Source of the DNA: Pseudomonadota bacterium
Lineage (GTDB): Bacteria; Bdellovibrionota_B; Oligoflexia; Oligoflexales; RGVZ01
Length of the DNA stretch: 64,000 bases
Direction of reading: 5' to 3'
Assembly: GCA_041178085.1 (NCBI GenBank)
Contig: JBEGVZ010000082.1
Coordinates: 1-64,000 of the forward strand
Below the pieces are notes generated by a model. It saw only the letters and a program-made list of their open reading frames with translations, had not been told where the DNA came from and did not search any database. This document shows, in pieces, positions 55,292 through 64,000 of the stretch. Position 1 is the stretch's first letter, and every line of letters starts with the position of its first letter. The translations under genes and the position numbers were made by a program.

Positions 55292-58220
55292 TCTGCGAAC
55301 GGACAAAGGAAGAAGCTTCCTCCGTGCAGCCGCGGTAGCCATAACGGCTTATTTCTTCACCGCGGGCACCGCCACGGCTCTGCCGATCGGATTTGGCCGG
55401 AACCAAGCAGACCTCGACTACGCCGAGATCACCGGCCAGGACTTCATCGTTTATTTCGACCGGGATACTCCCGAAGAGGGCCGTTTCACTTTCGCAGCCC
55501 TGAATGCGGCCCGCCCCCACCTGGAGAGGTGGTTCGGTGTGAAACGGGCACGCCCGTTACCGGTGATCATGTCGGCGGTCACCGCCAATGCTTCCTTCGC
55601 AAACTTCATCACGGACGCCCTCGAAATCCAAACGATGGGTCAGGTCGCTGATGGCGGCGGTACGCGCGCCCTGGTCTGGCACGAATACACCCACAATATG
55701 ATGTATCGGCATATGGACAATATCTTTGGACCGCCCGGTGCGATCCTGCATTTGCCATGGATGCCGGTCTGGTTCATTGAAGGGCTGGCGGAAACCACGA
55801 GTGCTTCCGTGGGTTCTGATTTCCAGTCCAGCGTCGAACGCATTCACGCGCTAACTGGAAAATGGCCTTCCTACGACCGGATGCACAGCCTTTACGGATC
55901 GGATTTTTCAACGCGCGGCTATGCAGCCGCCGGAGCATTCGTCCAATGGATCCTGAAAACCCGCGGTGCCGACCGCCTGCCGGCCATGCTGGAACGCTTT
56001 CGCAGTCGTTCGATGCCATGGTGGTGGCCGTGGGCCGCCATTCCTGGCAACGGCTTCATGCCGATGGACGACAGCCTCGCCACTTTAAGCAGCGGGGGCC
56101 CCGCACCTGCGGATGCCAACACACCGAATGGGGATTTATTCGGACGCCGGCTCTACGATGAATATACCGCCGCCACCACCAAGTATCATCGCGGGGGCGT
56201 CACCAGGTCGCTGACCACCAGTGACGCCACCAAGGCAGGAGCCCTGTTGATGAGTGGCAATTTGCTATCCGCCATGCGCGACGGGCACTACCAGGATCCT
56301 GTGACCCAGAATGGCTGGCTGACGGAAATTACACCGGCGAAAGACGATGCCGGCGCGGACCAGACAAACCCCTTGGCGCGCACGGGGCGTCAGGGCAAAT
56401 ACCTGCAAACCTGGAGGTTGCAGGAGACAGGCGACCACCTGGTATGGATGGAGCAAGAAAAAAATGTTTCGCGGTTTTGTCATCGCCCCCAGTCGGGAAA
56501 CACACCCGCGCAATGCCCGTTGGTCGCGCAGTTTCCTGAAACCATCGACTGGCTCGGTATGGGAAAAGCCCCGACCGGCAGTCATGAAGCGGGAGTCTTT
56601 CTTGTCCGTCGCAAGCATGGGATGACCAGCGACAGGGACGCAATCCTGCACTGGAGCCCCTCTCGCCCTGATGCACCGCCCGTTCCAGTCAAAGGCTTGG
56701 TGACCTCGGCCCGGGCGGTAAGCATGGTCCAGGATGGCGAGGACCTGGTGATGCTGGCTTCCGGCCGGAACCACCGCTGGCTCATCCGTTATAGTGGCAA
56801 GGATGGTGCCTGCCGCGGCATGTCGCGGATAGAGGACTTGCCAGTGCTCATGGAATCCCATCCGGAAGGCAACACCATCGCCTTCTGGGTGCCCGGCGGA
56901 TATGTCGCTCGCAAGTTCCGTCCCGGCGACCTGGCAAAGGTTTTCCCCCCCGGCCCTTGCCGGCGCATCGACCAGCCGACGTCGCCATTGCTGGAAGCGG
57001 TTCGCGCGTCGACACGGGGAAGGCCGCCGGTCAGCTTTGCCGAGGCAATCAAACTGGCAAGTGCAGAGGACGCAGAGCCGAAGGCGAAATCTGATTCCGC
57101 AGGTGAACCGACCACTGAGGCGCCAGCGGACGACAAGGCACAAGTCCGACCCGCAGGTTGGCGCCCGCGCAGCGTCCTCGCCTTTCCTTGGATCGGCGCC
57201 GATGATGCCCTCGGTCCTCAACTTGGTGTCGTGTCGGTGCCACTCATGGACCACATGCAAAATGAAACCGTACGCGCAACATTCCTGGTCGGTGTAAACA
57301 GCCGCTTCCCCAACACTGACGTACGCGTCATATCCAACCGTTTCCTGCCGACCCTGTCGGTAGCGGTGTTCCGACAACAGACGTACAACGGCATCATCGC
57401 GGAGCAGCCAGGGAGCGATTTGTACGATCTGTCCTACCTGGACGAAAAGGGTGTACGCCTGGATACCGACACTTCCTGGGACTGGAGCAAAGACGGCTCG
57501 GCCAGCGTGGTGGAGCTGCAAACCGGGATCAAACGATCGGAGCTCAAACCCTACCTGGGGCCAGAGCGAGCCACGACCGGGGTGCTCACGGAAATCTCTG
57601 CCGGACTGGCGCGTTCAACGCGCTACAGCTGGCGGCGCCTTGTGGTCAGCCAGGGCGTTTCGGGGCGGCTTGCGCCGGGTGGCCTGAACAAGACGTTCGA
57701 CTACAATGCCCTTGCTGCGCAGGCTGGGGCGTCTTTCGACCCGGGCATCCTGAAGTCAAGGCTTGGGTTTGGCATCGAAGGCGCCCGGACCCGCGGCAAG
57801 GCCCGGCGTGAGCTCCAGGAAGTCTACCGTCCACTAAAAACCTTTGTCCCAGGCAGTGGCGGCGGCCTGCAACAAAACAGCTTCCCGTTCACAGGCGAGG
57901 GCTGGCTCTTTGCCGGCCGCTACGGCGACTCTCAAGCGCGGGTCAAGGCCGACTGGACCCTGCCGCTGGTCGAGGACTTCGAGAAGCTGTTGTGGATTTT
58001 TTACGTGGACCGGCTCGACTTCACGGCGTTTCTCAACTATGGCGGGGCATGGCGGGGTTCCGCACCTCCGGCTGGCCGCCTGGTTGGTGCCCATGGCTAC
58101 AACCTGGACCTGCAGCTGGACAACAAGGGCGTAAGGTTTAATGTTGGCGGTGGCATCGGCCAGGTCTTCAGCAAACCCCTGGAAAGCTACCTGACCCTGG
58201 GCTTTGACGCTTTGTTCTGA
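55284..58220 (+). CDS. Outer-membrane protein: N-terminal zinc peptidase (HExxH) plus C-terminal Omp85-like beta-barrel
   Basis: Signal peptide; [21 protein letters not shown]; beta-rich middle; C-terminal amphipathic strands ending [10 protein letters not shown]. Confidence 0.65.
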   Translation: MVNLRTDKGRSFLRAAAVAITAYFFTAGTATALPIGFGRNQADLDYAEITGQDFIVYFDRDTPEEGRFTFAALNAARPHLERWFGVKRARPLPVIMSAVTANASFANFITDALEIQTMGQVADGGGTRALVWHEYTHNMMYRHMDNIFGPPGAILHLPWMPVWFIEGLAETTSASVGSDFQSSVERIHALTGKWPSYDRMHSLYGSDFSTRGYAAAGAFVQWILKTRGADRLPAMLERFRSRSMPWWWPWAAIPGNGFMPMDDSLATLSSGGPAPADANTPNGDLFGRRLYDEYTAATTKYHRGGVTRSLTTSDATKAGALLMSGNLLSAMRDGHYQDPVTQNGWLTEITPAKDDAGADQTNPLARTGRQGKYLQTWRLQETGDHLVWMEQEKNVSRFCHRPQSGNTPAQCPLVAQFPETIDWLGMGKAPTGSHEAGVFLVRRKHGMTSDRDAILHWSPSRPDAPPVPVKGLVTSARAVSMVQDGEDLVMLASGRNHRWLIRYSGKDGACRGMSRIEDLPVLMESHPEGNTIAFWVPGGYVARKFRPGDLAKVFPPGPCRRIDQPTSPLLEAVRASTRGRPPVSFAEAIKLASAEDAEPKAKSDSAGEPTTEAPADDKAQVRPAGWRPRSVLAFPWIGADDALGPQLGVVSVPLMDHMQNETVRATFLVGVNSRFPNTDVRVISNRFLPTLSVAVFRQQTYNGIIAEQPGSDLYDLSYLDEKGVRLDTDTSWDWSKDGSASVVELQTGIKRSELKPYLGPERATTGVLTEISAGLARSTRYSWRRLVVSQGVSGRLAPGGLNKTFDYNALAAQAGASFDPGILKSRLGFGIEGARTRGKARRELQEVYRPLKTFVPGSGGGLQQNSFPFTGEGWLFAGRYGDSQARVKADWTLPLVEDFEKLLWIFYVDRLDFTAFLNYGGAWRGSAPPAGRLVGAHGYNLDLQLDNKGVRFNVGGGIGQVFSKPLESYLTLGFDALF

Positions 58221-58245
58221 AACAAAAAACTTCTCGGAGTATCAA

Positions 58246-59373
58246 ATGGCGGGCAACTCCTTCGGACAACTGTTCAGGATCACCACCTTCGGTGAATCCC
58301 ACGGTGGTGCCGTTGGAGTCGTCGTGGACGGCTGTCCACCGCGCATGCCGATTGACCTGGGGGAGGTTCAGGCCGCCCTTGACCGTCGTCGTCCAGGCCA
58401 GGGCAAGCTGGTATCGCCGCGCGACGAAGCCGACCGGGTGGAATGCCTGTCGGGACTGCAGGATGGCTTGACCCTGGGAACCCCGGTTACGCTGATCGTC
58501 CGTAACACCGATGCCCGCCCCGGCGATTATGCCGCCCTGCGGGACGTGTTCCGCCCCTCGCACGCCGATTTCAGCACGCAGGCAAAATACGGCATACGCG
58601 CTGCCAGCGGCGGAGGAAGGGCCAGTGCCCGGGAAACCATTGGCCGGGTGGCGGCCGGTTCCATTGCCGAACAGGTCATGCGTAATGCCGTTCGGGGCAT
58701 AGAAATCGTCGCCTGGGTCAGTTCCGTTCAGGACATCGAATCCAAGGTCGATGGCGGCACAGTTTCCCGTCCGGCGGTCGAAACCAGTCCCGTGCGCTGC
58801 CCGGACCAGGCGGCAGCGGCTCAGATGATCCGCCGGATCGAGGACATGAAAGCCGCCGGCGATTCCGTTGGCGGGACGATTCGCTGTGTCGTCCGCGGGG
58901 TCCCCGCAGGCCTCGGCGAACCTGTTTTCGACAAGATGGAAGCTGACCTTGCCAAAGCCATGCTGAGCCTTCCCGCTGCCAAGGGGTTTGAAGTGGGCTC
59001 TGGTTTCGCTGGCACGCTGATGACTGGTAGTCACCATAATGATGAGTTCCTGCCATGGGGCAAGGGCGGGAACGCTTCCCTCCCCGCCACTCCCCCCACT
59101 GCGACCAACCGTTCGGGTGGAATCCAAGGCGGCATAACCAATGGGGCCGACATCACCATGCGGGTTGCGTTCAAGCCAGTCGCATCGATTGGAAAGGCGC
59201 AAGCCACTGTAAATAAAGATGGAAATGCGGTCACCCTGGACGGAGTCCCCGGCCGCCACGACCCCTGCGTCCTGCCCAGGGCAGTACCCATGGTGGAGGC
59301 CATGGCCTGGCTGGTTTTGATCGATCATTTTTTGCGAAATAATTCCTTGCAATTGAGCACCCCAGAGGTATAA
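58246..59373 (+). CDS. aroC: Chorismate synthase
   Basis: [45 protein letters not shown]. Confidence 0.97.
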   Translation: MAGNSFGQLFRITTFGESHGGAVGVVVDGCPPRMPIDLGEVQAALDRRRPGQGKLVSPRDEADRVECLSGLQDGLTLGTPVTLIVRNTDARPGDYAALRDVFRPSHADFSTQAKYGIRAASGGGRASARETIGRVAAGSIAEQVMRNAVRGIEIVAWVSSVQDIESKVDGGTVSRPAVETSPVRCPDQAAAAQMIRRIEDMKAAGDSVGGTIRCVVRGVPAGLGEPVFDKMEADLAKAMLSLPAAKGFEVGSGFAGTLMTGSHHNDEFLPWGKGGNASLPATPPTATNRSGGIQGGITNGADITMRVAFKPVASIGKAQATVNKDGNAVTLDGVPGRHDPCVLPRAVPMVEAMAWLVLIDHFLRNNSLQLSTPEV

Positions 59374-59403
59374 CTGGCCGGTCGGTCAATTAACACTCTA
59401 TCA

Positions 59404-61512
59404 GTGACGATGGGGGCTCGCATGAATGCGTCAGCCAAAAAATCATCAATGCTTTCGGTTAGTTGCGCTTCGCGGTTCCGGAAGATTCCTGGCCTTGTTC
59501 TGATTTCCCTGGCCATTGCGGCGATTTATGCCTGCGGTAAAGGTTCAGAACCGAAAAGCCGTCTGTTCCATGACGAAGACGATCCAACCCACAGCACCCT
59601 CAAGCACCAGTGGGGCGATGTAAGCGACCGCGAATACAAGAATTACATTGCGCCGTTGATCGGCGTCACCGACGAATACATGGACCCGGACAGCCCTCTG
59701 GTTGAGCGGTTGCAACACTGGATCGACCAGGTGGACGAAAACCTGCGCGCCCAGCACCCGGAACAAGTTGATGGAGTTCCGAAGCCGAAGGCGCGCGTCA
59801 TCCTCAACCCTAGTTTGAACGCATTCATCGCCCCGATTCCCGTGTGCCACAAGATTGGCGTCCGGATCATCGGAAACGATGACTCGGAGCTCACCAGCCA
59901 GATCTTTTTCGACATCGGCGGAGGCTCCTTCGAGCTGTGGCCAGCCGGTCAGATGGAATGCATGCCTGCAGGAGACGACAGGGACTCCCTCGAGGAAGTC
60001 GCTACAGCGATCCGCGATTTCAACGATCGCGCCCCGAACGGCTGCAAGGTTACGCTGGAGAAAGAAGGTTCCAAGCCGGTCATCGCTCCCGGAAAGAACT
60101 GCGCGATGGACGCGGACACCGGTTCGCTTCGTGGATCGAACGAACTTGTCCTGCTGCGCACAGCCAACTGGGTCAACGTTTATGCCGGGCTGGTCACCAA
60201 CATGACCGAAAGCGAAGTGATCGGCGTCATTGCGCATGAACTTGCGCACTACTACCGTTCCCACGTGAACGCCCCCGGAAAGCTCTACGACTTCTTTTAT
60301 AAAACCGCCCGCGAAACTTCGCCGAGCCGGCCCAAGGCCGACTCTTCTCTGGCTACCTTGGGCAAAAACGCGCTGGCAGCCAGCGCCACAGTCGGCGGGC
60401 TCGAGCGCTTCAAGCGAGTCCCCAAGCAGCGCTACCACTCTGCGTTGTTCATGACGGCGGGTCAGCTCGCAACCGACCGCTGTTCCGAAGACCAAGAGGA
60501 AGAGTCTGGCTGCTCGGCTGAATGCAAGGAACTTGCTGACTTTGCCGGTAGCACCGAATTCAAACGTGCGACGACCATGTTCCCAGTCCGGTCGCTGGAT
60601 GCTGAGGGGCTGAAGGTCTACGCAAAATTCGAGAAAATGGCGAGCGCCTGCCTCGCTGGCATTCGCTACACCGGCACTAAAAAACCGACCGATGAAGATG
60701 GTTCCGCCATCATGTGGTCAGACTTCACGAGTACGATGCTCAGCCCGCGTTGGCCAAGCTGGGTAGAGGAAAGCCCAGAAGTCCAGTATGCGATCCGTCG
60801 CTGGCTGGTCAGCCTGAGCAAGCACCTGCCGTCGAGCGCACCCAAGAATGCAGAGGACGCCTCTGCACTGGTCGAAGTCGTTTCGAAATACCTGTGGGCC
60901 AAGGAAGACGAATCCGTCGCGGCATTGCAGGACGCTTTCGACAAGCGCGTTGGTTACTACACTCAGGAACAGGAAGCTGACGAAGTCGCGACGGAGTGGC
61001 TGGGCGAGATTGGCATCGATCCAAAAGCCGCTGCGGAGACTTTCCTGCGAATCGGCAAATGGTCAGAGTCCGAAGGTAGCAAGGCTTCCGCGTCACTCCT
61101 GGAGACGCCGGCTGATCATTGCGAAAAGCTGTACCAAAACGGCTGGTCGGACGATAACGGCAAGTTCACGTTCGTCGCCATCGGCAACTTTACCGATCCG
61201 CACCACCACACCTGTTACCGTGCGTTCAATGTGGATCGCGAAATCAGGGCGCACAACTACAAGACGTCGAGCAACGGAGGCCGGGGACTGCTGACGGCAG
61301 GAGAATGGAAGAAGCTGCAGAAAATCGCAGCCGACGCCACCGCCGATCAGGCTGACGAAGACGACAGCCACCACTTCTCGAACGGAACGCTAGATCGCCA
61401 CATGATCCGGGAAATCAAGAAGGCGAACATCCCGTTCAACCGCTTGGGTCATGTCCATGCCCCCGGCGCCGACGGAATCCACCACCGCGGATGTACTTTC
61501 TCTCCGTTCTGA
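59404..61512 (+). CDS. M48-family zinc metallopeptidase, putative lipoprotein
   Basis: IYAC lipobox; LNAF; VIAHELAHY; EQEAD; start uncertain. Confidence 0.75.
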   Translation: MTMGARMNASAKKSSMLSVSCASRFRKIPGLVLISLAIAAIYACGKGSEPKSRLFHDEDDPTHSTLKHQWGDVSDREYKNYIAPLIGVTDEYMDPDSPLVERLQHWIDQVDENLRAQHPEQVDGVPKPKARVILNPSLNAFIAPIPVCHKIGVRIIGNDDSELTSQIFFDIGGGSFELWPAGQMECMPAGDDRDSLEEVATAIRDFNDRAPNGCKVTLEKEGSKPVIAPGKNCAMDADTGSLRGSNELVLLRTANWVNVYAGLVTNMTESEVIGVIAHELAHYYRSHVNAPGKLYDFFYKTARETSPSRPKADSSLATLGKNALAASATVGGLERFKRVPKQRYHSALFMTAGQLATDRCSEDQEEESGCSAECKELADFAGSTEFKRATTMFPVRSLDAEGLKVYAKFEKMASACLAGIRYTGTKKPTDEDGSAIMWSDFTSTMLSPRWPSWVEESPEVQYAIRRWLVSLSKHLPSSAPKNAEDASALVEVVSKYLWAKEDESVAALQDAFDKRVGYYTQEQEADEVATEWLGEIGIDPKAAAETFLRIGKWSESEGSKASASLLETPADHCEKLYQNGWSDDNGKFTFVAIGNFTDPHHHTCYRAFNVDREIRAHNYKTSSNGGRGLLTAGEWKKLQKIAADATADQADEDDSHHFSNGTLDRHMIREIKKANIPFNRLGHVHAPGADGIHHRGCTFSPF

Positions 61513-63402
61513 TTCGGGGAGCAATGGGACGCGGATGGTCAAACCAGTAGATGATGCGGGCTCGATCCTCGAGCCCGTATTTTTTTTGTCTGCCCAATCA
61601 ATGCCAACTGAAATCGCCAGGCGATTGGCAAGTTCCGATGCATGCGCATCCAGAAATGTCCGGTCCTGACAAAGCTCGGCTTCCCGCAATGTCTGCGCAG
61701 TGTCCCTGCTGGTGACAACGGAAAGAACCAGTTCGACGCGGTCGACGCCAACTTTTTTGCCCCGTAAGTTCAGATACACGATCGAACCTGAAGGTATGCC
61801 CTCCATGGATTCCAGGGCACGGTAAAAAAACCATTTACCCAGCGCCTTTGAAACCAATTCACTCACACGTGCCGTGCGAAGTTCCGACTGTAGCAGTCGC
61901 ACGTGCGTCTTCTGACCTGGACGCGCCAGAGAAATCATTGCCGCTGAATCGTCCAGTGCGTCGCCAAGGGTCGAGGATGTCGCCAACCTTGCGTCTCCAG
62001 CAACCTCCAGACCGCCCATGCGGGAAATCGCTGGACGGATATCCTGCAAGCTTTGCTTCAATCGGACGGGTAGTTCAAAAACCGTCGAGAAAGCGCGTTC
62101 GTGGATGCTGGTCACGGCAAGCACCGCACTTTCCAATTCAGAACGGCGATTGAGCTGGTCTGTGGATTCCTGCAGGAGCCGCGTGAAACGTTTGAGTCCC
62201 ATGGTCTGGGAGCCTTGCTTCCAGGAAGCCGCCAGGTTTGAAAGTGCGATCAGAGGCTCATTGGAATAGTTCAATAAATCATCATGAGCACCTGCGATCA
62301 CCTGACAAGCGTCAGCCAACTTGCGGGTGACGCCTTCCTGAACCAGTCGCTGCTGGGCAAGAGAAAGAGACTCGAGCCGCAGGCCATCCAGCTCGGCACG
62401 CATGTCAGCAAGCTGGGCCTCAAGATCCTCGATCCAAAGGTCCTTTTCCTTCATGTCCAGCCGGGACATCGCGTAACGATTGCGGTGCAGGCGGTCTAGC
62501 GAAATCATTTCTGGCGTGAGGTCACCGTCCCCCGTCAACGAAGACGAAGCATACCCAGGGGCGAAAGACAGCTTTGCTTCATCATCCGAAGCTGCACCGG
62601 CAATCAGCTGCCCCAGAGTCCTCTGGTTTCGCTCCCGCATCAGCCCTTCCTCGCGCGCGCGCCAGAGGAAGCGCATGTACATGACCCCAAGTAACGTCAG
62701 GGCAAGCAGCAACGCGTAAGTCGACAAATTATCTAAAGTCCTGACCGTGCTCTCACTGATCCTGGCGCCCAGACGCAACTTCCAGCTGAGCGGCGTCCAC
62801 TGCGGCCTGCCCGCGTCTTCTTTCAGCACAAAAGTGGATTCCGGGATCTCGCGGCGCATGTGCGCCAAAAGTCTTGGGTGCTGACGCAGCCACGTGTCGG
62901 ACATCGGCGTCTGCGCAACGATCGCCAAAGCCGGGGAGAACGGGATGGATACCTGCAAAACCGGCGTCCCGTTTTTGGAGTGCCAGAAAACAAAAGGTTT
63001 GCTTGCGGAAAAGCCCTGCGGACAAACCGGCTTCCAATGGTCACCGCTGCCTACAACCTGGCGGTTGGAGCTGGCGACCGCATTGCAGGAACTGTCTACA
63101 ATCGCAAGGTGCTCGGCCTCGCCAGGGCGCACCGCCGCGGCAAGCGTCTGGGAGAGGCTGTTGAAGTACTTCCACTGCAGGTTTTTCTGGACCACAGGGT
63201 CAGAATTGATCGCATGCAGGCGGTCGCCCATCCGGGTCAGGGTCGTCCCCGTGGCTGACGAAGTGAGCCATTCCAGATCCGCTGCTCCGGAGCGCAGATT
63301 GCCCAGACCGACGGCCGCCTGCCGGGCGCCAGCCGCCAAGGCCGCACACCCGATGGCAAACGCAAGCAACCGGTTGGAGGTCATAAACGAAGCAAGCGCC
63401 AT
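61390..63402 (-). CDS. Membrane protein with sensor-like periplasmic region, coiled coil and degenerate kinase-like C-terminus
   Basis: Two TM segments flanking a periplasmic region; coiled coil; C-terminal TGLTIRVPL resembles the end of HATPase_c but no N/G1/G2 boxes are seen. Confidence 0.5.
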   Translation of the reverse strand: MALASFMTSNRLLAFAIGCAALAAGARQAAVGLGNLRSGAADLEWLTSSATGTTLTRMGDRLHAINSDPVVQKNLQWKYFNSLSQTLAAAVRPGEAEHLAIVDSSCNAVASSNRQVVGSGDHWKPVCPQGFSASKPFVFWHSKNGTPVLQVSIPFSPALAIVAQTPMSDTWLRQHPRLLAHMRREIPESTFVLKEDAGRPQWTPLSWKLRLGARISESTVRTLDNLSTYALLLALTLLGVMYMRFLWRAREEGLMRERNQRTLGQLIAGAASDDEAKLSFAPGYASSSLTGDGDLTPEMISLDRLHRNRYAMSRLDMKEKDLWIEDLEAQLADMRAELDGLRLESLSLAQQRLVQEGVTRKLADACQVIAGAHDDLLNYSNEPLIALSNLAASWKQGSQTMGLKRFTRLLQESTDQLNRRSELESAVLAVTSIHERAFSTVFELPVRLKQSLQDIRPAISRMGGLEVAGDARLATSSTLGDALDDSAAMISLARPGQKTHVRLLQSELRTARVSELVSKALGKWFFYRALESMEGIPSGSIVYLNLRGKKVGVDRVELVLSVVTSRDTAQTLREAELCQDRTFLDAHASELANRLAISVGIDWADKKNTGSRIEPASSTGLTIRVPLLPESERRESTSAVVDSVGAGGMDMTQAVERDVRLLDFPDHVAI

Positions 63403-63602
63403 GGAGCCCAGCCCGTCCGCCGCAAAATAGTGAAAGTCTTTATAATGTGATTTCTTTAATGATATCGCGGATTGGGCTTCGGGGCAAAATTTGCCGGGCA
63501 CAGCCTGGGAAAATCCTTGGACGGGCGACTTTCAAAACCGTAAATTAGCCAATCGACCAGCTTTTTCAGGTTTTTTTATCACTTTCACGTTGCAGGCATT
63601 TT

Positions 63603-64000
63603 ATGAACCGTAACCTCACCCTTGAACTTGTCCGTGTCACAGAAGCTGCTGCCCTGGCCGCAGGCCGTTGGATTGGCCGCGGCGACGAGAAGGCTGCAGA
63701 CCATGCCGCCGTTGAATCCATGCGCAAGACTTTCGATTCGATCGAATTCGACGGTCGGATCGTGATTGGTGAAGGCGAGCGCGACGAGGCACCGATGCTA
63801 TACATCGGCGAGAAAGTAGGTTCGGGGAAAGGACCACGGGTCGAGATCGCCGTGGATCCGCTAGAGGGAACGACCATCACTGCCACGGGCCGCAGCGAAG
63901 CCCTGGCGGTCATTGCAGCTGCAGACGAAGGCGGACTGCTGCATGCTCCAGACACTTACATGGAAAAACTCGCCACGGGCCCCGGTGCCAAAGGCGTGAT
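63603..64000 (+). CDS. glpX: Class II fructose-1,6-bisphosphatase (3'-truncated by window edge; missing from ORF track)
   Basis: [71 protein letters not shown]. Confidence 0.95.
   Translation, partial: MNRNLTLELVRVTEAAALAAGRWIGRGDEKAADHAAVESMRKTFDSIEFDGRIVIGEGERDEAPMLYIGEKVGSGKGPRVEIAVDPLEGTTITATGRSEALAVIAAADEGGLLHAPDTYMEKLATGPGAKGV

Overview
A gene-dense, GC-rich bacterial chromosomal window of mostly core and lineage-accessory genes. I see no integrase, transposase, phage or CRISPR. Gene content (Cys-rich prepilin-type proteins, many secreted or lipoprotein peptidases, PilZ and EAL proteins, large NAD-GDH) suggests a deltaproteobacteria-like lineage such as Bdellovibrionota/Oligoflexia, which is inference only. 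In order: tex (partial), mtnP, two tandem paralogous type IV prepilin-like genes, a PilZ gene, LOG, a GspC-like PDZ protein, a MoxR-DUF58-BatA/DUF4159-vWA operon divergent from a Flp-pilin-like gene, an EAL phosphodiesterase, pta, an M14 carboxypeptidase, PAP2, acyl-CoA dehydrogenase, an exbBD-gshA-gdh run, tRNA-Gly(GCC), serA, mce, punA, a purine catabolism cluster (guaD, xdhABC, NCS2 permease), arfB, aspartokinase, kdsB, a peptidase-Omp85 protein, aroC, an M48 peptidase and glpX (partial). Best leads: (1) one polypeptide that appears to fuse a degenerate ECF sigma factor to a transmembrane anti-sigma factor; (2) a candidate NMT1/xanthine-type riboswitch upstream of the NCS2 permease; (3) the tandem Cys-rich pilin-like paralogs next to a PilZ gene with a sigma28-like promoter; (4) an inverted DnaA-box pair away from dnaA; (5) an internal beta-subunit start within aspartokinase. 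All family calls come from motif recognition by eye; no database searches were run.
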